Below, piece after piece: positions 50,394 to 63,230 of a DNA stretch of 64,000 bases. The notes beneath the pieces are model-generated. The model saw only the letters and a list, made by a program, of their open reading frames with translations. It did not search any database and was not told the origin of the DNA. Position numbers and translations under genes: made by a program. Origin of the DNA: Lama glama (lineage: Eukaryota); assembly GCA_028534125.1 (NCBI GenBank), contig CM052832.1, positions 9,116,001-9,180,000 of the forward strand. The letters run 5' to 3'. The stretch's first letter is position 1. Each line of letters begins with the position of its first letter.

Positions 50394-51609
50394 CTTTTTT
50401 TAAAATGTTTGAGATAAAGGGAAAGAGGAAGGTCAAAAGGGCTACTAAACAATTAGTGAGAGATATTTTGGTTTGCTCAAAAGAAAGCAGCTTACTTTGT
50501 TCATCAATTCCAATAAAAGATGAAAACCAATCATTTAGCCCCAAGCCCTACTTGTGGTAGCTACAAGTGTGGACAGGAATCTATGCTGATAAAACAAAAC
50601 AAAAAACTCCCCAAACCCACACATCGTAATAACCACATATTCTTTTCCCTTTTAATGCTTTGAATCAGTTGTATTCCTACGAACTCAGTTCAAAATTTTA
50701 TGTCAGGGTTCTCTTTTCACTGCCAGGTGTATGGACTCTAAGCGAAATGTGGTATGGCAATAAAACTTGTGGTATTTTTTAAATACATCATATTAAATTC
50801 TTATCAAGAACTTGAAATAATTTTTAATGATAAAAGCTATACTGACTGAAATGACAGCTTTTAAATATTAAATTATCCTACAATTCCATTGGTATAGATT
50901 CTAAAGTAACTTGAATATTAACTTATTTTGAACCAATAATTTTTTTGGGAAATTTACATTTTGTAACTTTTTCTAATTTCCAAATCCATTCAGCATAATA
51001 TGGAAACACTGCTTTGTGACAAACATTGTGCTATGTACAATGGACGAAAAAAGGAACAAGATAGAGTTGCCAGGATTTAGTATAGGGATGAAGAGGAAAT
51101 AGGCAACTACAGTCCAGAGTTATGAATGATATGGTGGGGATAAGCATCATGCTGTTGGCCTGGCCAAAAGGGATATATAGCCATGTTTTAGTGTGTCAGG
51201 GAAGGCTTCCTGGAGAAAGTGACACTAAACTAACCACTAAGACATGCAGGAAAATAAGATAAACAGGCAAATAGAAAAGGACAGGGATAGGGTAGGCAAT
51301 CTAGGGAGCAAAAGAAATAAATATGCCGATTTTAAGACTTAAGGGAGTATGACAAATTCAGGGTATTTTTAACACAGTTGAATACTGAAGGCCTTGAAAA
51401 TCAATTTAAGGGATTTGGGTCTTTAATCAGAGGACCAGGAAACTAGATGGCAATGTTCTACAGGCTGTTAGCCATATAACTTTGGAGCTTAGTAAGTAGG
51501 GTTAGGCCGGAGTTACAGATTTGAGTGATCATAAGTGATTGGGTTCTGTGGAAATAACAACAAGAAAAACTCCTCACAATCTTTACATTTAATGCTTGTA
51601 ATTCATTAC

Positions 51610-51675
51610 CTGAAGCATTACTATATCCTTGTCAAACATTTCACGTCTGCATTTCACATTGTGGTAGTAATAAAT
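51610..51675 (-). CDS. UBR2: UBR2 exon 18
   Basis: IYYYHNVKCRREMFDKDIVMLQ; TAG/GTAAT. Confidence 0.94.
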
Positions 51676-52325
51676 CTAAAAAAAATAATAATTATATTGG
51701 GTAAATAGGTTTTTATTTGTGCAGTTCCCTCCCCTTTCCATTCATCCAAAAGTCACATATCTTTTGTGCATGTAAGCATGAACACACAAATGACCATACA
51801 CAATGTGGTTTCCCCAGCAGTTAATATTATCTTAGTAGAGATTAATTAGAAATTTCTAGATTATAGTAGTCACTCTATGGTTCATATTTTCAAGCCAACT
51901 TTTTGGATCTCCTAACAAAGTTATTTCAGTGAGGTTTATAGTTACCAAAAATGGGGGAAAATTCTATACCAAGCCTTGGTGAGGTTTAAAAATTAAAACC
52001 TCAATTTTAGAGCTATACTAATAGAACTTTTATCTTTTAACACAATTTAAGTAGGTGCAATTTAGATTTTTACTATGTTTTTTAAACTATCCAACTTTGT
52101 CCTAAAAATGATTTCAAGTAAAAATTAAGTTCATTTCTACTTTTGGTATTGTTTCCTAACAAAATATGAATAAAAATTCTAAGAAATTTTTTGGTTTAAT
52201 ACTACATTTACCTTGTCAAACAGTTTTAATACATATGACTTTCAATGACTAAGTATGTTGAAATGATAACCTTCACTGAAGCTAAGGAATGAATTGAAAA
52301 CTTCATAGAATTAAAAAACACTTAC

Positions 52326-52436
52326 CTGGTTTACTAGAGAGAACCCATTTCTTCTCCACATTCCTGCATGTACTTGGGCACATAAAACAAGACATCTAAG
52401 AGGGTGTTCTATCAACATGGGTGGGCTAAGTTCACT
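52326..52436 (-). CDS. UBR2: UBR2 exon 17
   Basis: [45 protein letters not shown]. Confidence 0.96.
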
Positions 52437-52541
52437 CTGTGTATACAAAAAAATACAAAAATTTCAACTCTGTGAAGACTGGTTTATATGGATAGATGCT
52501 TTACATAAAACACAAATGAAAATTATTTGAAGGTATGTTTA

Positions 52542-52932
52542 TGTGATGGTTAATTTTATACGTCAACCTGGTTGGGCCATGGTATCCAATTTTTGTGTGT
52601 GTGTGTGGCTATGGTACCCAATTTTTGATTAACGCCAGTCTACATGCTGCTGCGAAGGGGATTTTGTAGATGTAATCAATATTCAAATTACTAGACTTTG
52701 AGTAAAACAGATTACTCTCCATGATGTAGGTGGGCCTCATCCAATAAGCTGAAGGTCTTGAGAGAAAAGACTGAGGTTTCCCCAAGAATGAAGAAATTCT
52801 GCTTCTGAATTGCCTTTGGACTTCAGACTGTAACATCAACTCAGCCTACCAAGCTGCCCTGCAGGCTTATTTCAGGCTTGCCAAGACCCATAACTATCTG
52901 AGCCAATTTCCTAAAATAAATCAATCTCTTTT

Positions 52933-52972
<40 letters not shown>

Positions 52973-52984
52973 CCCTCCCCTTCT

Positions 52985-53033
<49 letters not shown>

Positions 53034-53059
53034 CTCTGTTTCTTTGGAGAACCCTAACA
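52542..53059 (+). mobile_element. MLT2-type (ERVL) solo LTR containing (CA)n/(CT)n microsatellites
   Basis: Starts tgtgatggttaattttatacgtcaac and ends ggagaaccctaaca (TG...CA); flanks gttta/gtttg form a near-perfect 5-bp TSD. Confidence 0.8.
52936..53031. repeat. Compound microsatellite (CA)n ... (CT)n
   Basis: Directly visible. Confidence 0.95.
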
Positions 53060-53112
53060 GTTTGCTTCAAAGTAATTTAAAGTACAAGGAACATATGAGG
53101 TATTTACTTTTA

Positions 53113-53336
53113 TTTATTTATTTATTATTGAAGAATAGTTGATGTACAGTATTGTTAGTTTCAGGTGTACTACGTAATGATTTGATATTTGCATACATTA
53201 TGAAATAACTACCACAATAAGTCTAGTAACTATTTGTCTCCATACAAAATTATTACAATATTACTGACCATATTTCTTATGCTGTATATTATATTCCCAT
53301 GACTTATTTATTATATAACTGAAGGTTTATAATAAA
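53113..53336 (-). mobile_element. Short L1 3' end with 12-bp TSD tatttactttta, close to the exon 16 donor
   Basis: TSD at 53101-53112 and 53337-53348; attgaagaatagttgatgtacagtattgttagtttcaggtgtac. Confidence 0.75.
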
Positions 53337-53366
53337 TATTTACTTTTAAACGTTAGTACTACTTAC

Positions 53367-53428
53367 TAGAGGTAGGAGCTCTGGAAATTTATATGCCACT
53401 TCACTTTTGCTTAATAATACATGCAAAC
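53367..53428 (-). CDS. UBR2: UBR2 exon 16
   Basis: (G)LHVLLSKSEVAYKFPELLPL; CAG/GTAAG. Confidence 0.93.
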
Positions 53429-54689
53429 CTGCATGGAGAACAAATAAAAAAGTATTTCTATAAGTGAAAGTCATTTAGACAAAAAAATATTCATTTAACT
53501 TTACACCTAACCTTTTCTGTTTCTCTTTGAGAACTTATGTTACAAATCAAGATATAAAATGAACTGCCTCCATAAAAGTTTTCAACTGTTATGCTCGTGA
53601 ACCTCTGTCTTAAAGGCACCCTGAGAACTAGAGTCTTAATTACATGTCCCAACATAAACTGACAATTTTTATAGAAATAAATGTCAGACATACAAACACA
53701 GCAAAAGCAGATAAATAACTATCAAAGCAATTTTTACATTATACTAACTTTAAGAGTCATATTTCACACGAAGTTTGTTCCCATTTAAAGTATGGGAGCA
53801 AGAGAGCCTTCTGGCAACTGAACAGAGAAACTGGCTGTGGAATTCATGGTTTGCACTGATCCTGACCTTAGAATTCAGTTCCCCAGAATGTCCTGAACTG
53901 CAAAGGGCTCTTTTATAGCTCAACCTTAGTTAATTCTGTTAGTGAAGAATTAATTGTCCCGTTTATGTTGCTGTCTAAACAAAGAATGCATTTTTCAATC
54001 TTATCAATAGATGTTGGCCACTTAGTCAATCCTGGTCTGAGGCTTTCCTCATTCAAGATGAGATGCATTATGAATCCCATTCTGATGATCTGTACTCAAC
54101 AGCTGCCACTCAAGCTCCATTAGTACACACTCCAAGTTGAAGGGCTTTGTGTATATTTACTTAGCTATCCAACTAGATTATAAGCATTCAGGCCAAGATT
54201 TGTCAAACAAAATGAGACAGAATGCCCAAAGTGTACACTGAGAAGATTTGAGGGAGGTAAAGTCCTAGGCAAAATAAGTATATTTTTTGGGGAGTACTGA
54301 CTGTTTTCCCTGTACATAATTATCAGCATCAGCTTTCTCCCAGATTTTCAAAGGCAGGAAAGATTAGTGGCTGAGTTGGAGACAGGACTCACTTTCCTGC
54401 ATTCTAGCTGAAAACTTTCCCACACTACCATGCCATCACTTGCCTGTCCTGAGGATCAACGGTTCAATGTGCTCCAAGCACTTACAAAAACAAAACTCGG
54501 CCTGAACAAGTTATAGAAATAAGAGATTTCTGCCTACAATCACAATTTCATTCCAGGTACTTTTCTGTTGTTCTACTTGTTTACTACTAAAGTTACCTTA
54601 AGTCATCACAATTTCAGTAACAATCTGAAAGACTGTCGGAATACTAGGGTCTATGGGCAGGATGTGGTAACACTGAGAACAATGGGGAG

Positions 54690-55010
54690 AAAAAAAGCCT
54701 TCAGAAATGAAAGAGAGATGTTACTACTTATCCCACGGACATTAAAAGGATAAGAGAGGAGTCCTATAAACAACTCTGTGTCTACAAACTTAGTAACTTA
54801 GATGAAATAGACCAATTTCTTAAAAAACACAAACTACCAAAACTCATACAAGGAGAAATAGATAACCAGAACTGGCCTATATCTACTAAAGATATTTAAT
54901 CAATGATTAATAACCTACCAAAAAAGATAAAGCATCAGGTCCATTTGGTTTCGCTGGTGAATTCTACCAAACATTTAAGGAAGAAATGATACCAACTCTC
55001 CACAATCTCT
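54690..55010 (+). mobile_element. Old L1 ORF2 fragment
   Basis: aacttagatgaaatagaccaatttctt...ggtgaattctaccaaacatttaaggaaga resembles L1 NLDEMD.FL and GEFYQTFKEE. Confidence 0.75.
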
Positions 55011-55734
55011 GACTCTTACACACAAACCACTTTCACATCTTAGTAAATGTGTTACTGAGCCACACACTTAAGATAAATTATAAGTTCTACATAAGTAAAA
55101 GTATCTACCTTTATAACTTCTATTCTCTGAATTAAAAATGGAACCAAAGGGAACAGTACGTGAGCAGGCTAAGAATTTCTACAATCAAGAAACATGGAAG
55201 CTGCAGAGTCTGCAGAGATGGACAAGTGCATATTCAGAGTTTCTGGCTGCTGCAATGTAGAAACTTCAAATATTCTACCAACTGTAAATGGCTTGTAAAT
55301 CAACTACTTACATTAAAAAAACCTATCACCCCAATTTAGGACTTACTCTGACTTGTTGATTAAAAACGTTATCAATAAATAAGCAGGAAACAGCTCAGAG
55401 AGAGGGGAAATCTAGGGTGGTTTCAATTTATTAGCAGTGACTTCAGTGATACACTGATCTGAATCATAACACCACCAACTTTGAATCTGGATTGAGTAAA
55501 ACAATAAAACTTGTGGTATCTGTAGTTAAGAAGTCTGAAGAAGCACTATGATACAGTCATTATAAACATGGTTTCTGGTGCCAAATTACCTCAAAATTCC
55601 TATTCTCTTTCCTGTCGCATGACACTGAGCCCCCTCCACGTCTCAGTCTTTCCATTTGTGAAGTGAACTTAACAATATCCACCTCACAGGCTGTGGTAAT
55701 TATACAACTTAATGGATGTAAAACTCTCAGAATA

Positions 55735-55891
55735 GCGGGAAGGCTATAACTCAGTGGTAGAGTGCCTGCTTAGCATGCGCGAGGTCCTGGGTTCAATCCC
55801 CAGTGCCTCCATTAAAATAAATAAGTAAATAAACAAACCTAATTACTTCCCCCTCCAAAACAAAAACACCAAAAATAAGTACGATTTTTAA
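55735..55891 (+). mobile_element. tRNA-derived SINE (Vic-1-like) inserted in a MIR-like relic, with 14-bp TSD
   Basis: A and B boxes intact; aaactctcagaata (55721-55734) and aaactctcaaaata (55892-55905) flank it. Confidence 0.85.
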
Positions 55892-55989
55892 AAACTCTCA
55901 AAATATTGCATAGTAGGTATTCAATAAATATTAACCACAAACAATTTAAAAGACAGTTTCAGAGTTCTTTTTCGCGAGAAATGCTTTAC

Positions 55990-56173
55990 CTGCAAGTAAG
56001 CGAGAAACTGGGAGATGAATGCTAACTTTTTCTTTGGAAACACAGTATCTGATAGTTTCCACTGAATGTCCACAAATGCTTAATGTGACTGGCTGTTCAC
56101 CATCAGTAAAACCACCATGACACTGCATCAATACAGCAAGGCATTTCTTGTAAGCTTCAATTAATATCTTTTC
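55990..56173 (-). CDS. UBR2: UBR2 exon 15
   Basis: EKILIEAYKKCLAVLMQCHGGFTDGEQPVTLSICGHSVETIRYCVSKEKVSIHLPVSRLLA; TAG/GTAAA. Confidence 0.96.
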
Positions 56174-56411
56174 CTAAAAAAGAGGGTTTTCTGTATGTTA
56201 CTCAAAGGCTGGGTTTCTACAACATTAAATAAGCCCCTCAAAATTCAACAATGTAGTGTAAGTACCTCAAATATTAATATAGGTAAAATCAAACTCAATC
56301 TTCCCTTCCCAACTTGGTCCTTCTTCCAGGGTCCTGTCTCAGAGAATGACATCTCTATAGAGCTGTGGAAACCTAAAAGTTACTCCAATATCTCTTTTCC
56401 CTCATTCACCA

Positions 56412-57840
56412 TTTTTTTTTTTTAAATTGAGGGATAGCTGACATAATATTGTGTTTGTTAGAGGTGTGCAACATAGTGACTCAAAATTTTTATAGATTAT
56501 ATTTATAGTTATTATACAATATTGGCTATATTCCCTGTGCTGTACAATTCATTCTTGTAGCTTCCTAATTTTATACATAGCGGTTTGTGCCTCTTAATCC
56601 TCTACCCTCAGGTTTGTCCCTCCCCTCTTCCCACTGGTAACCACTAGTTGGTTCTCTGTATCTGTGAATCTGTTTCTGTTTTGTTATATTTACTAGTTTG
56701 TTTTATTTTTTAGATTCTATATATAAGTGATAACATACAGTATTTGTCTTTCTCTGTGTGGCTTATTTCACTTAGCATAATATCCGCCAAGTCCATCCAT
56801 GTTGTTGCAAACAGCAAAATTTCATTTTTTATGGCTGAGGTATACATATACACACACACATATGTATATACCACATCTTCTTTATCCATTTGTCTATTGA
56901 TGGACACTTAGGCTGCTTCCATATCTTGACAATTGTAAATAATGCTGCTATGAACAACTAGGGTGCATGAATCTTTCTGAATTAGTGTTTTCACTTTCTT
57001 CAGATATATACACCCAGGAGTGAAACTGCTGATCCTATGGGAGTTCTATTTTCAGTTTTTTGAAGACCCTCCATACTGTTTTCCACAGTGGTTGTACCAA
57101 CTTCCATTACCACCAACAGTGTACAAAGGTTCCTTTTCTCCACATGCTTGCCAACATTTGTTGTTTGTGGTCTTTTTGATGATAGCCATTCCAACAGGCG
57201 TGAGGTGATAGATATCTCATTGTGGTTTTGATTTGTATGTCTCTGAAAATTAGCAAAGTTGAATATCTTTTCATGTGCCTTTGGTCACCCATATGTCTTC
57301 TATGGAAAAATGTCCATTTAGGTTTTCTATCCACTTTTTAATTGGGTTGTTTGTTTATTTGATATTGAGTAGTATGATCTGTTTATATATTTTAGATAGT
57401 AACCCCTTATTGGTCATATCATTTGCAAATATTTTCTCCCATTCAGAAGGTTATCTTTTTGTTTTGTCGATGGTTTCCTTTGCTATGCGCAAAAGCTTTT
57501 AAGTTTAATTAGGTCCCATTTGTTTGTTTTTGCTTTTGTTTCTTTTGCCTTAAGAGACAGATACAAAAAACCACTGCTATGATTTATATCAAAGAGTGTT
57601 CTGTCTATATTTTCTTCTAGGAGTTTTATGGTTTCCAGTCTTACATTTAGGTCTTTAATCCAATTTAAGTATATTTTTGTTTATGGCAGGAGGAAATGTT
57701 TCAATTTCATTCTTTTACATGTAGCTGTCCAGTTTTCACAAAATCACTTACCAAAGAGACTTTTTTCCACTGTATACTCTTGCCTCCTTTGCTGTAGATT
57801 AACTGATCATAAGTGTGTGGGTTTATTTTTAGGCTCTGTT
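56412..57840 (-). mobile_element. 5'-truncated L1 (3' UTR and ORF2 C-terminus) inserted in an L2 relic
   Basis: Poly(T) at 56412-56423; the ORF2-like translation [23 protein letters not shown]; degenerate flanking repeat ttttcc(c)tcat..ccatt. Confidence 0.85.
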
Positions 57841-58703
57841 TTCCTCATCCCCCATTGTCCAATTTATTACTGAGATGACAATTTCACCTTCTAAATTTCC
57901 CTCAAACCTGGCCACTGATTATCTCCGGTAACTCAAAGGAAAGCCAACGTCTCTCTACTAAATTCCCTGCTTCTACTCTTGCCCCTCTCCATCCATTCTC
58001 CACACACAGTAATTTTTAAAAACATATAAATTGGATCATATGTCACTTTTCTGCCTGGTAGTCTCTAATGGAGTCCCACTTCAATTAGAATAAAATTCAA
58101 AGGCCCTGCAAAGTCAGGCACCTGTTCACTTCTCTACCTTCAACCTCTGCTCCAACCAGAGCTCTCTCACAGCTCCTGGAACAACTGTACTCTTTCTCAT
58201 CAGAGAGCATGATGCAGCAGTTCCTTAGTCAGGAATATTATTTACTCTTTGATCAGACACGTAGTTCAGATCTCATGGAAGCCTTTTCTGACCTCCCAAC
58301 TTACACAGGCTCTCATCTAGACTTTATTGCCAAAGGAAGGCCAAAATAATTTTAGGACACAGGACAAATGTACCAATAGTAAAATTTCATTTTTGGATTA
58401 ATTTATAAACTGTTTTTATATGCTCAAAATCTAGATGGGATTATGGGGAAAAAAAAGGTGAGAGTAACATTAAGAGAGGAGAGAGTATGGATTATATCCT
58501 CCTCTATGTGATGATTTTCCAAGTTTTTTCCAAGGCTTCAGAATTTTACCTTTTATTGAATGTATACGTAAAAGAGGAAAATATCTGTTTTATGAGCATA
58601 TAACCACTGTCCTCTCCAAACTACCTCACATTTTACTTAGGAGTCTGTTTATCTCTGCCTCTCCTCCATTGATCTCCCATTCTCTACCCCAGAAGAGACT
58701 CAC

Positions 58704-58832
58704 GTCTAAAGCACACCAGTCCTGCATCATTGAAATGACGTGTGTTAATTTCATTTGTAGCGTGAAGGCTGCTTCCCACTCTGGTTCCATTTCAATATGC
58801 TGCCCTACTTGACGTGTAATTGGATCCATTCC
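58704..58832 (-). CDS. UBR2: UBR2 exon 14
   Basis: GMDPITRQVGQHIEMEPEWEAAFTLQMKLTHVISMMQDWCALD; AAG/GTGAG. Confidence 0.96.
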
Positions 58833-60157
58833 CTTAAAAGAAGTGAAAAGATTTTAAATAAATTAAAATCACATTTGTTCTTTCACACTGAAACTTAAGA
58901 AATAATGTAGAATATATACGGATTATAAAAACATATAAAGTAAAATTTTTAACTGGAATTTTTGAGTAGTATGAGAAGTCCAACTTCTTAAATTACACGT
59001 CTATACAACATTCTCTAACGTTTTATAAATTAAAAATCCCAGTATAGAACAAATTATTTTAGAGGCAATCATCTACATGTTTTAAACATTAAAAATATAT
59101 TCTTTACTGCAATAATCCTTCAAATCCCTTTTTAGCTCCATCATTTTAGAAAAAATTGCTAGAAGAAACCTGACTGGCTTTTAAAATGTTACTAATTTAT
59201 AAATATATTTTATAATACACTAAAATATAATTTTTATATTTATTTGTAATCTGCAACTAAAATTTTTCATGGAGATTGAAAGAAAGCAAAACAAAAAAAA
59301 CATAAACAGCTTTTAATATTAAAGAATGTAACTTTTTAGAAACTAGTCTAAGTATCCTGGCGTATCAGAACTGATTAAATACTAGAAAATACAGGATACT
59401 TGAAGTATTCAAAATGACCAAGGCAGGCATTGTTTCTATAGACACAAGAAAAAACACAGAAATATTACAATAAACATTGATGAACCACCATTGATCACAG
59501 GAATTAGAATATTTCCTAAAAATGATACATTAACTTTGCTTATTCCTTTCTTAAGAAAGCTATAAGGCTATCAAAGAAATCATAACGATACTGCTCAGAT
59601 TTTTTCAAATGTCATTTATCTTTATAAAGATAAAACTGTTTAACTTTACCAGTTCGTTTCTGCTTCTAGACTCTATTTTCCACACAGGTGTTTCCAAAAA
59701 GAAAATTAAATAGAGAGAAGGGAAAGTTCTATACTGTATTATATAAATGTGATATCAATTAGAAAAAAAAATGGAAACATTAAAAAAACTCGCAAACATT
59801 ACTGTTTCCTAAATAAATAGCTTGACAATACTTTCACATAAGCATATTAAAAAAACAAAAAACCAAAAAACTTTCAATCCTCAAAGAACAAACATTAATG
59901 GTAACCAAAAGAATAACCAAATACAAAAGAATAGTAGATGCCAGAACCTCTGCTGGGACCTCATTCATTCCACACCTTTCTAAGAGTTTTCAATTAAGAG
60001 GAGCTTCTTGGTCCAAATTGAAGCCATCCAATTTATTCTTTTGGAAATGTGCCCAAAATGAAAAAAGATGGCATAGACAGAAAGGTGTATAGCTCAATGA
60101 ACCAAAAAAGGAGGAAGGTGAATGCTTTCCTTTTAAAATGTGTCAGTTTATATATAC

Positions 60158-60257
60158 CTGCATACATTTGAGTAATTCCAAAAAGGCATCAAATCCTTCT
60201 AGGAACTTCTCTCTCAGATCATCTGACCATTCCGTTGGTTTGCTAATTAACACATAC
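60158..60257 (-). CDS. UBR2: UBR2 exon 13
   Basis: [41 protein letters not shown]. Confidence 0.95.
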
Positions 60258-60346
60258 CTGAACAAGATAAAAACAGTAATGAATATAGGAATAAACACTA
60301 ACATTTTACAAATTGCAACTGGTTTAATAACTAAACAAAAGCTTAC

Positions 60347-60510
60347 TTGAGATCCAAAATAAGGCTCTGAACTCTCTTAAACTTGAAGGCTTGTGAAGTA
60401 GTATATCGTTCAAACTGAAATCTGCCCTGGGCATCTCGATGTCTCAAATGATCCATAAAAGTCTTAATGATAATGGTCATCAGGTTTTCTTCTACAATGA
60501 GCATCCGAGC
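60347..60510 (-). CDS. UBR2: UBR2 exon 12 (most upstream exon in the window)
   Basis: [62 protein letters not shown]; separated from exon 13 by an 89-nt intron. Confidence 0.95.
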
Positions 60511-60999
60511 CTACAACAAAGTGTATCAGAGTATATGGTAACCAAAAGCTATTTACCAGAAAGCTTAAAAAAAAAAAGTCACCAACATTGGTTAGCTCTT
60601 TTAGTTTAGACCTTTCAACACAGCTATATAATGTCATAAATGCATTATTGTGTATTTCTGAATAACAATTACTTACTCCAATTGCCACGTGTATGAAGCA
60701 ACAATTATATCACGAAGAAAGATGCCAGAATGTAAGGAGACAGATCCAAGGCTCATTATTCAAAGACAATTCAGGGTGGGGGATCTGAACCAGGCTGCAA
60801 ATTTTCCTTAACTGAGACATTTAGACACCTATAATGGTATGGTATAATTATTCTAGGATCCGCAGGTTTATATCACAGATTCTGTAGAATTCAGTATGAA
60901 ACCAGATTTCCTCTTAATCTTAGTTTATTTTTTGTTTTTCTTTCCATGTACAGAAATACATATATATATTTGAATAAGCAAATACACTTAAATAATGCA

Positions 61000-62690
61000 A
61001 AAAACAGGTAAAAAGTTAAATCTCCTAGCTCCCAATGTTCCCCTTGTGAAGGCAATCTCTGTCAGTAGTATTCTTGCGTATAGTTTCAGACATGGTGTAC
61101 GTGTATATAATATATACATGTATGCATATGTACACACATACATATATAATACATGAATAAATGTTATTAAGTAGATATAAATATGGATATGTATAATGTT
61201 TTTTTCCTTCCAAAGGATAACATAAACACTGTTCTGCACTTGGTTTTTTCACTTCATATATTTTAGAGATTGTCTCCTATCAGTTCATATAAATTTCCTC
61301 ATTCTTTTTAACTATCATCAGTATTCTTTTATGCCATACTTTATTAGCCAGGACCTTACTGGTGACACATTGGAGGTTTTCCCAGTCTTGTGCTATTTAT
61401 CACAAAAGATGCTGCAACAAATATCTACACTACACAGTTGCAAGGATATTTATAAAACAATTTCCTAGAAGTGTCATTACTGGGTTAAAGTGTATATACA
61501 TTATAAATTTTGACTAGTATCACCAAACTGTCCCCTCAAAGAAGACAAAATAATGCAGAAGAGAGACTCTAAGAATACAGTAAAGCTGTATTCTAATGTA
61601 GAGGTTAAGTTCTAAGATCATCAGATAAAGAGAAAATCTATATATTTAAACGTATGTTTGAAAAACTCTTGAATCTTATCCCATTGCCAGAACTTAGGCC
61701 CCTAGAAGCTCAAACGTCAATAGGATCAATTTATGTTCATTTTCCTAGACAGTGAAGTCTCAGTTCAGGTTTGAAGGAGGGGAGGTATTGACAGGCTAAG
61801 TACAAGAGTTTTCCTTCTTGTTTGCTGTATTAGTTAATTTTGAGGAAATTAAATGAGTGCAATCACTGGCCTAAGGAAAAAACTTTGGTCTCAGGAGAAA
61901 AGCTTTTGCAAATTCATCATTAAGCATAATGTTTGTTTTGGATTTTCACTTTTTGTTTTGTTTCTAGGTACTCTATCAGATTAAAGAAATTCATTCCTAT
62001 TTCATTTGCTATGAATTTAAATCATTAATTCAGGAAAAAAAGCATCTCATATGATATTTTTTCTCCTTTTTGTCTGTTAATAAATTGAACTATGCCATTG
62101 ATTTTTTTTTCTCAAATGTTATACTACTCTTGCATTAAGGAAATAAACCAAACTTGGGTGTGATGTATTACTCTTTTTCTGTATTGCTTAATTCAATCTG
62201 TATAACTTTATTTATGACAGAGATTAGATGGTAATTTTCTTTTTTTTAATTGTTGGGTTTTGGTATCAAGATTATAGAGGATGTAAATACACTGACAAGT
62301 ATATTCTCTTTCTCTGTTTTCTGGAAAAAGTTATGTAATATAGTATTATTTCTTTCTTAAACATTTGGAAGAATTCCCCAGGGTAGCCTTTGGGCCTGGG
62401 GATTTCTTTGTAAGATCTTTATAATAATTAAATCTATGTTTTTTCTTAGGAATTCATTCATTTCATCCAAATTTCCAATTACATTGATTTAATTTGGTCC
62501 TAATACTGCCTTGTTTCCAAATATCTCTAAGATCTGTAGTTCTTTGTGATTCTTCTTAAGTTAAAATTCTTCTATTTTTTAAAATTAGACTTTCCAGAGA
62601 TCTATCCTCCACCCCTTTTTTGTTTTTCTCAATGAAAAAAAGTTTTGGTATTTTTTTTTCTACATTTACTTTGTTTACGTAAGTACTTGT
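61000..62690 (-). mobile_element. Degraded old L1 fragments with an AT-rich simple repeat
   Basis: gttttcccagtcttgtgctattt...ttcctagaagtg...; ggttttggtatcaagattata...ctttgggcctgggg; boundaries approximate. Confidence 0.5.
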
Positions 62691-62749
62691 ATTACAATGG
62701 CCCTTCAGGTCTGGCACTATCAACATCCACCTTCCTCCCATTCCCAAAC

Positions 62750-63230
62750 TCAATGTCCCCATGGACCATTCTCCTCCTCACTCAGTCTAGCAACACTAGC
62801 CTGTTTTGAGTTCTTTCTTCCAAAATGCCCAAAGCACAATGATGTCAGTCAGAACTTTCAGACTTGGTGTTCTCTCTGCCCAGGAAGCTCTTCCATCAGT
62901 TGGTCACATCACTTACTCCCTTACTTCCTTCAGGGCTCTGTTTAAACAATACCTCTCTGAGGGGCTTTTTCTGATAATGTATAAAATATGACCCTTCCAC
63001 TGTCACTCTCTAGCCCCTTAACCTGCTATCCTACTTTATAGCACTTATCAATGCTTATTTATAATAAACAGTATTATATATCTGTCTCTCCCCAATTAGG
63101 CTATAAATTAAATTCTAAGGGAACAAGGATTTTTCTCTGTTTTGCTTACTGCTATATTTATCTACAGAGCCCCAAACAGTACCTTAGTTAATAAAAGTAC
63201 CCAATAAATATGGTTTGAATAAATGAATAA
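62750..63230 (+). mobile_element. L2 fragment
   Basis: cttacttccttcagggctctgtttaaac...ctgtctctcccc...aataaatatggtttgaataaatgaataa. Confidence 0.6.

Noticed and set aside
55735..55810. tRNA-like sequence with A and B boxes (also at 2529, 39150, 45370 and 46723)
   Set aside because: The copies are diverged and have A-rich tails and in several cases TSDs, so they are SINEs rather than tRNA genes.
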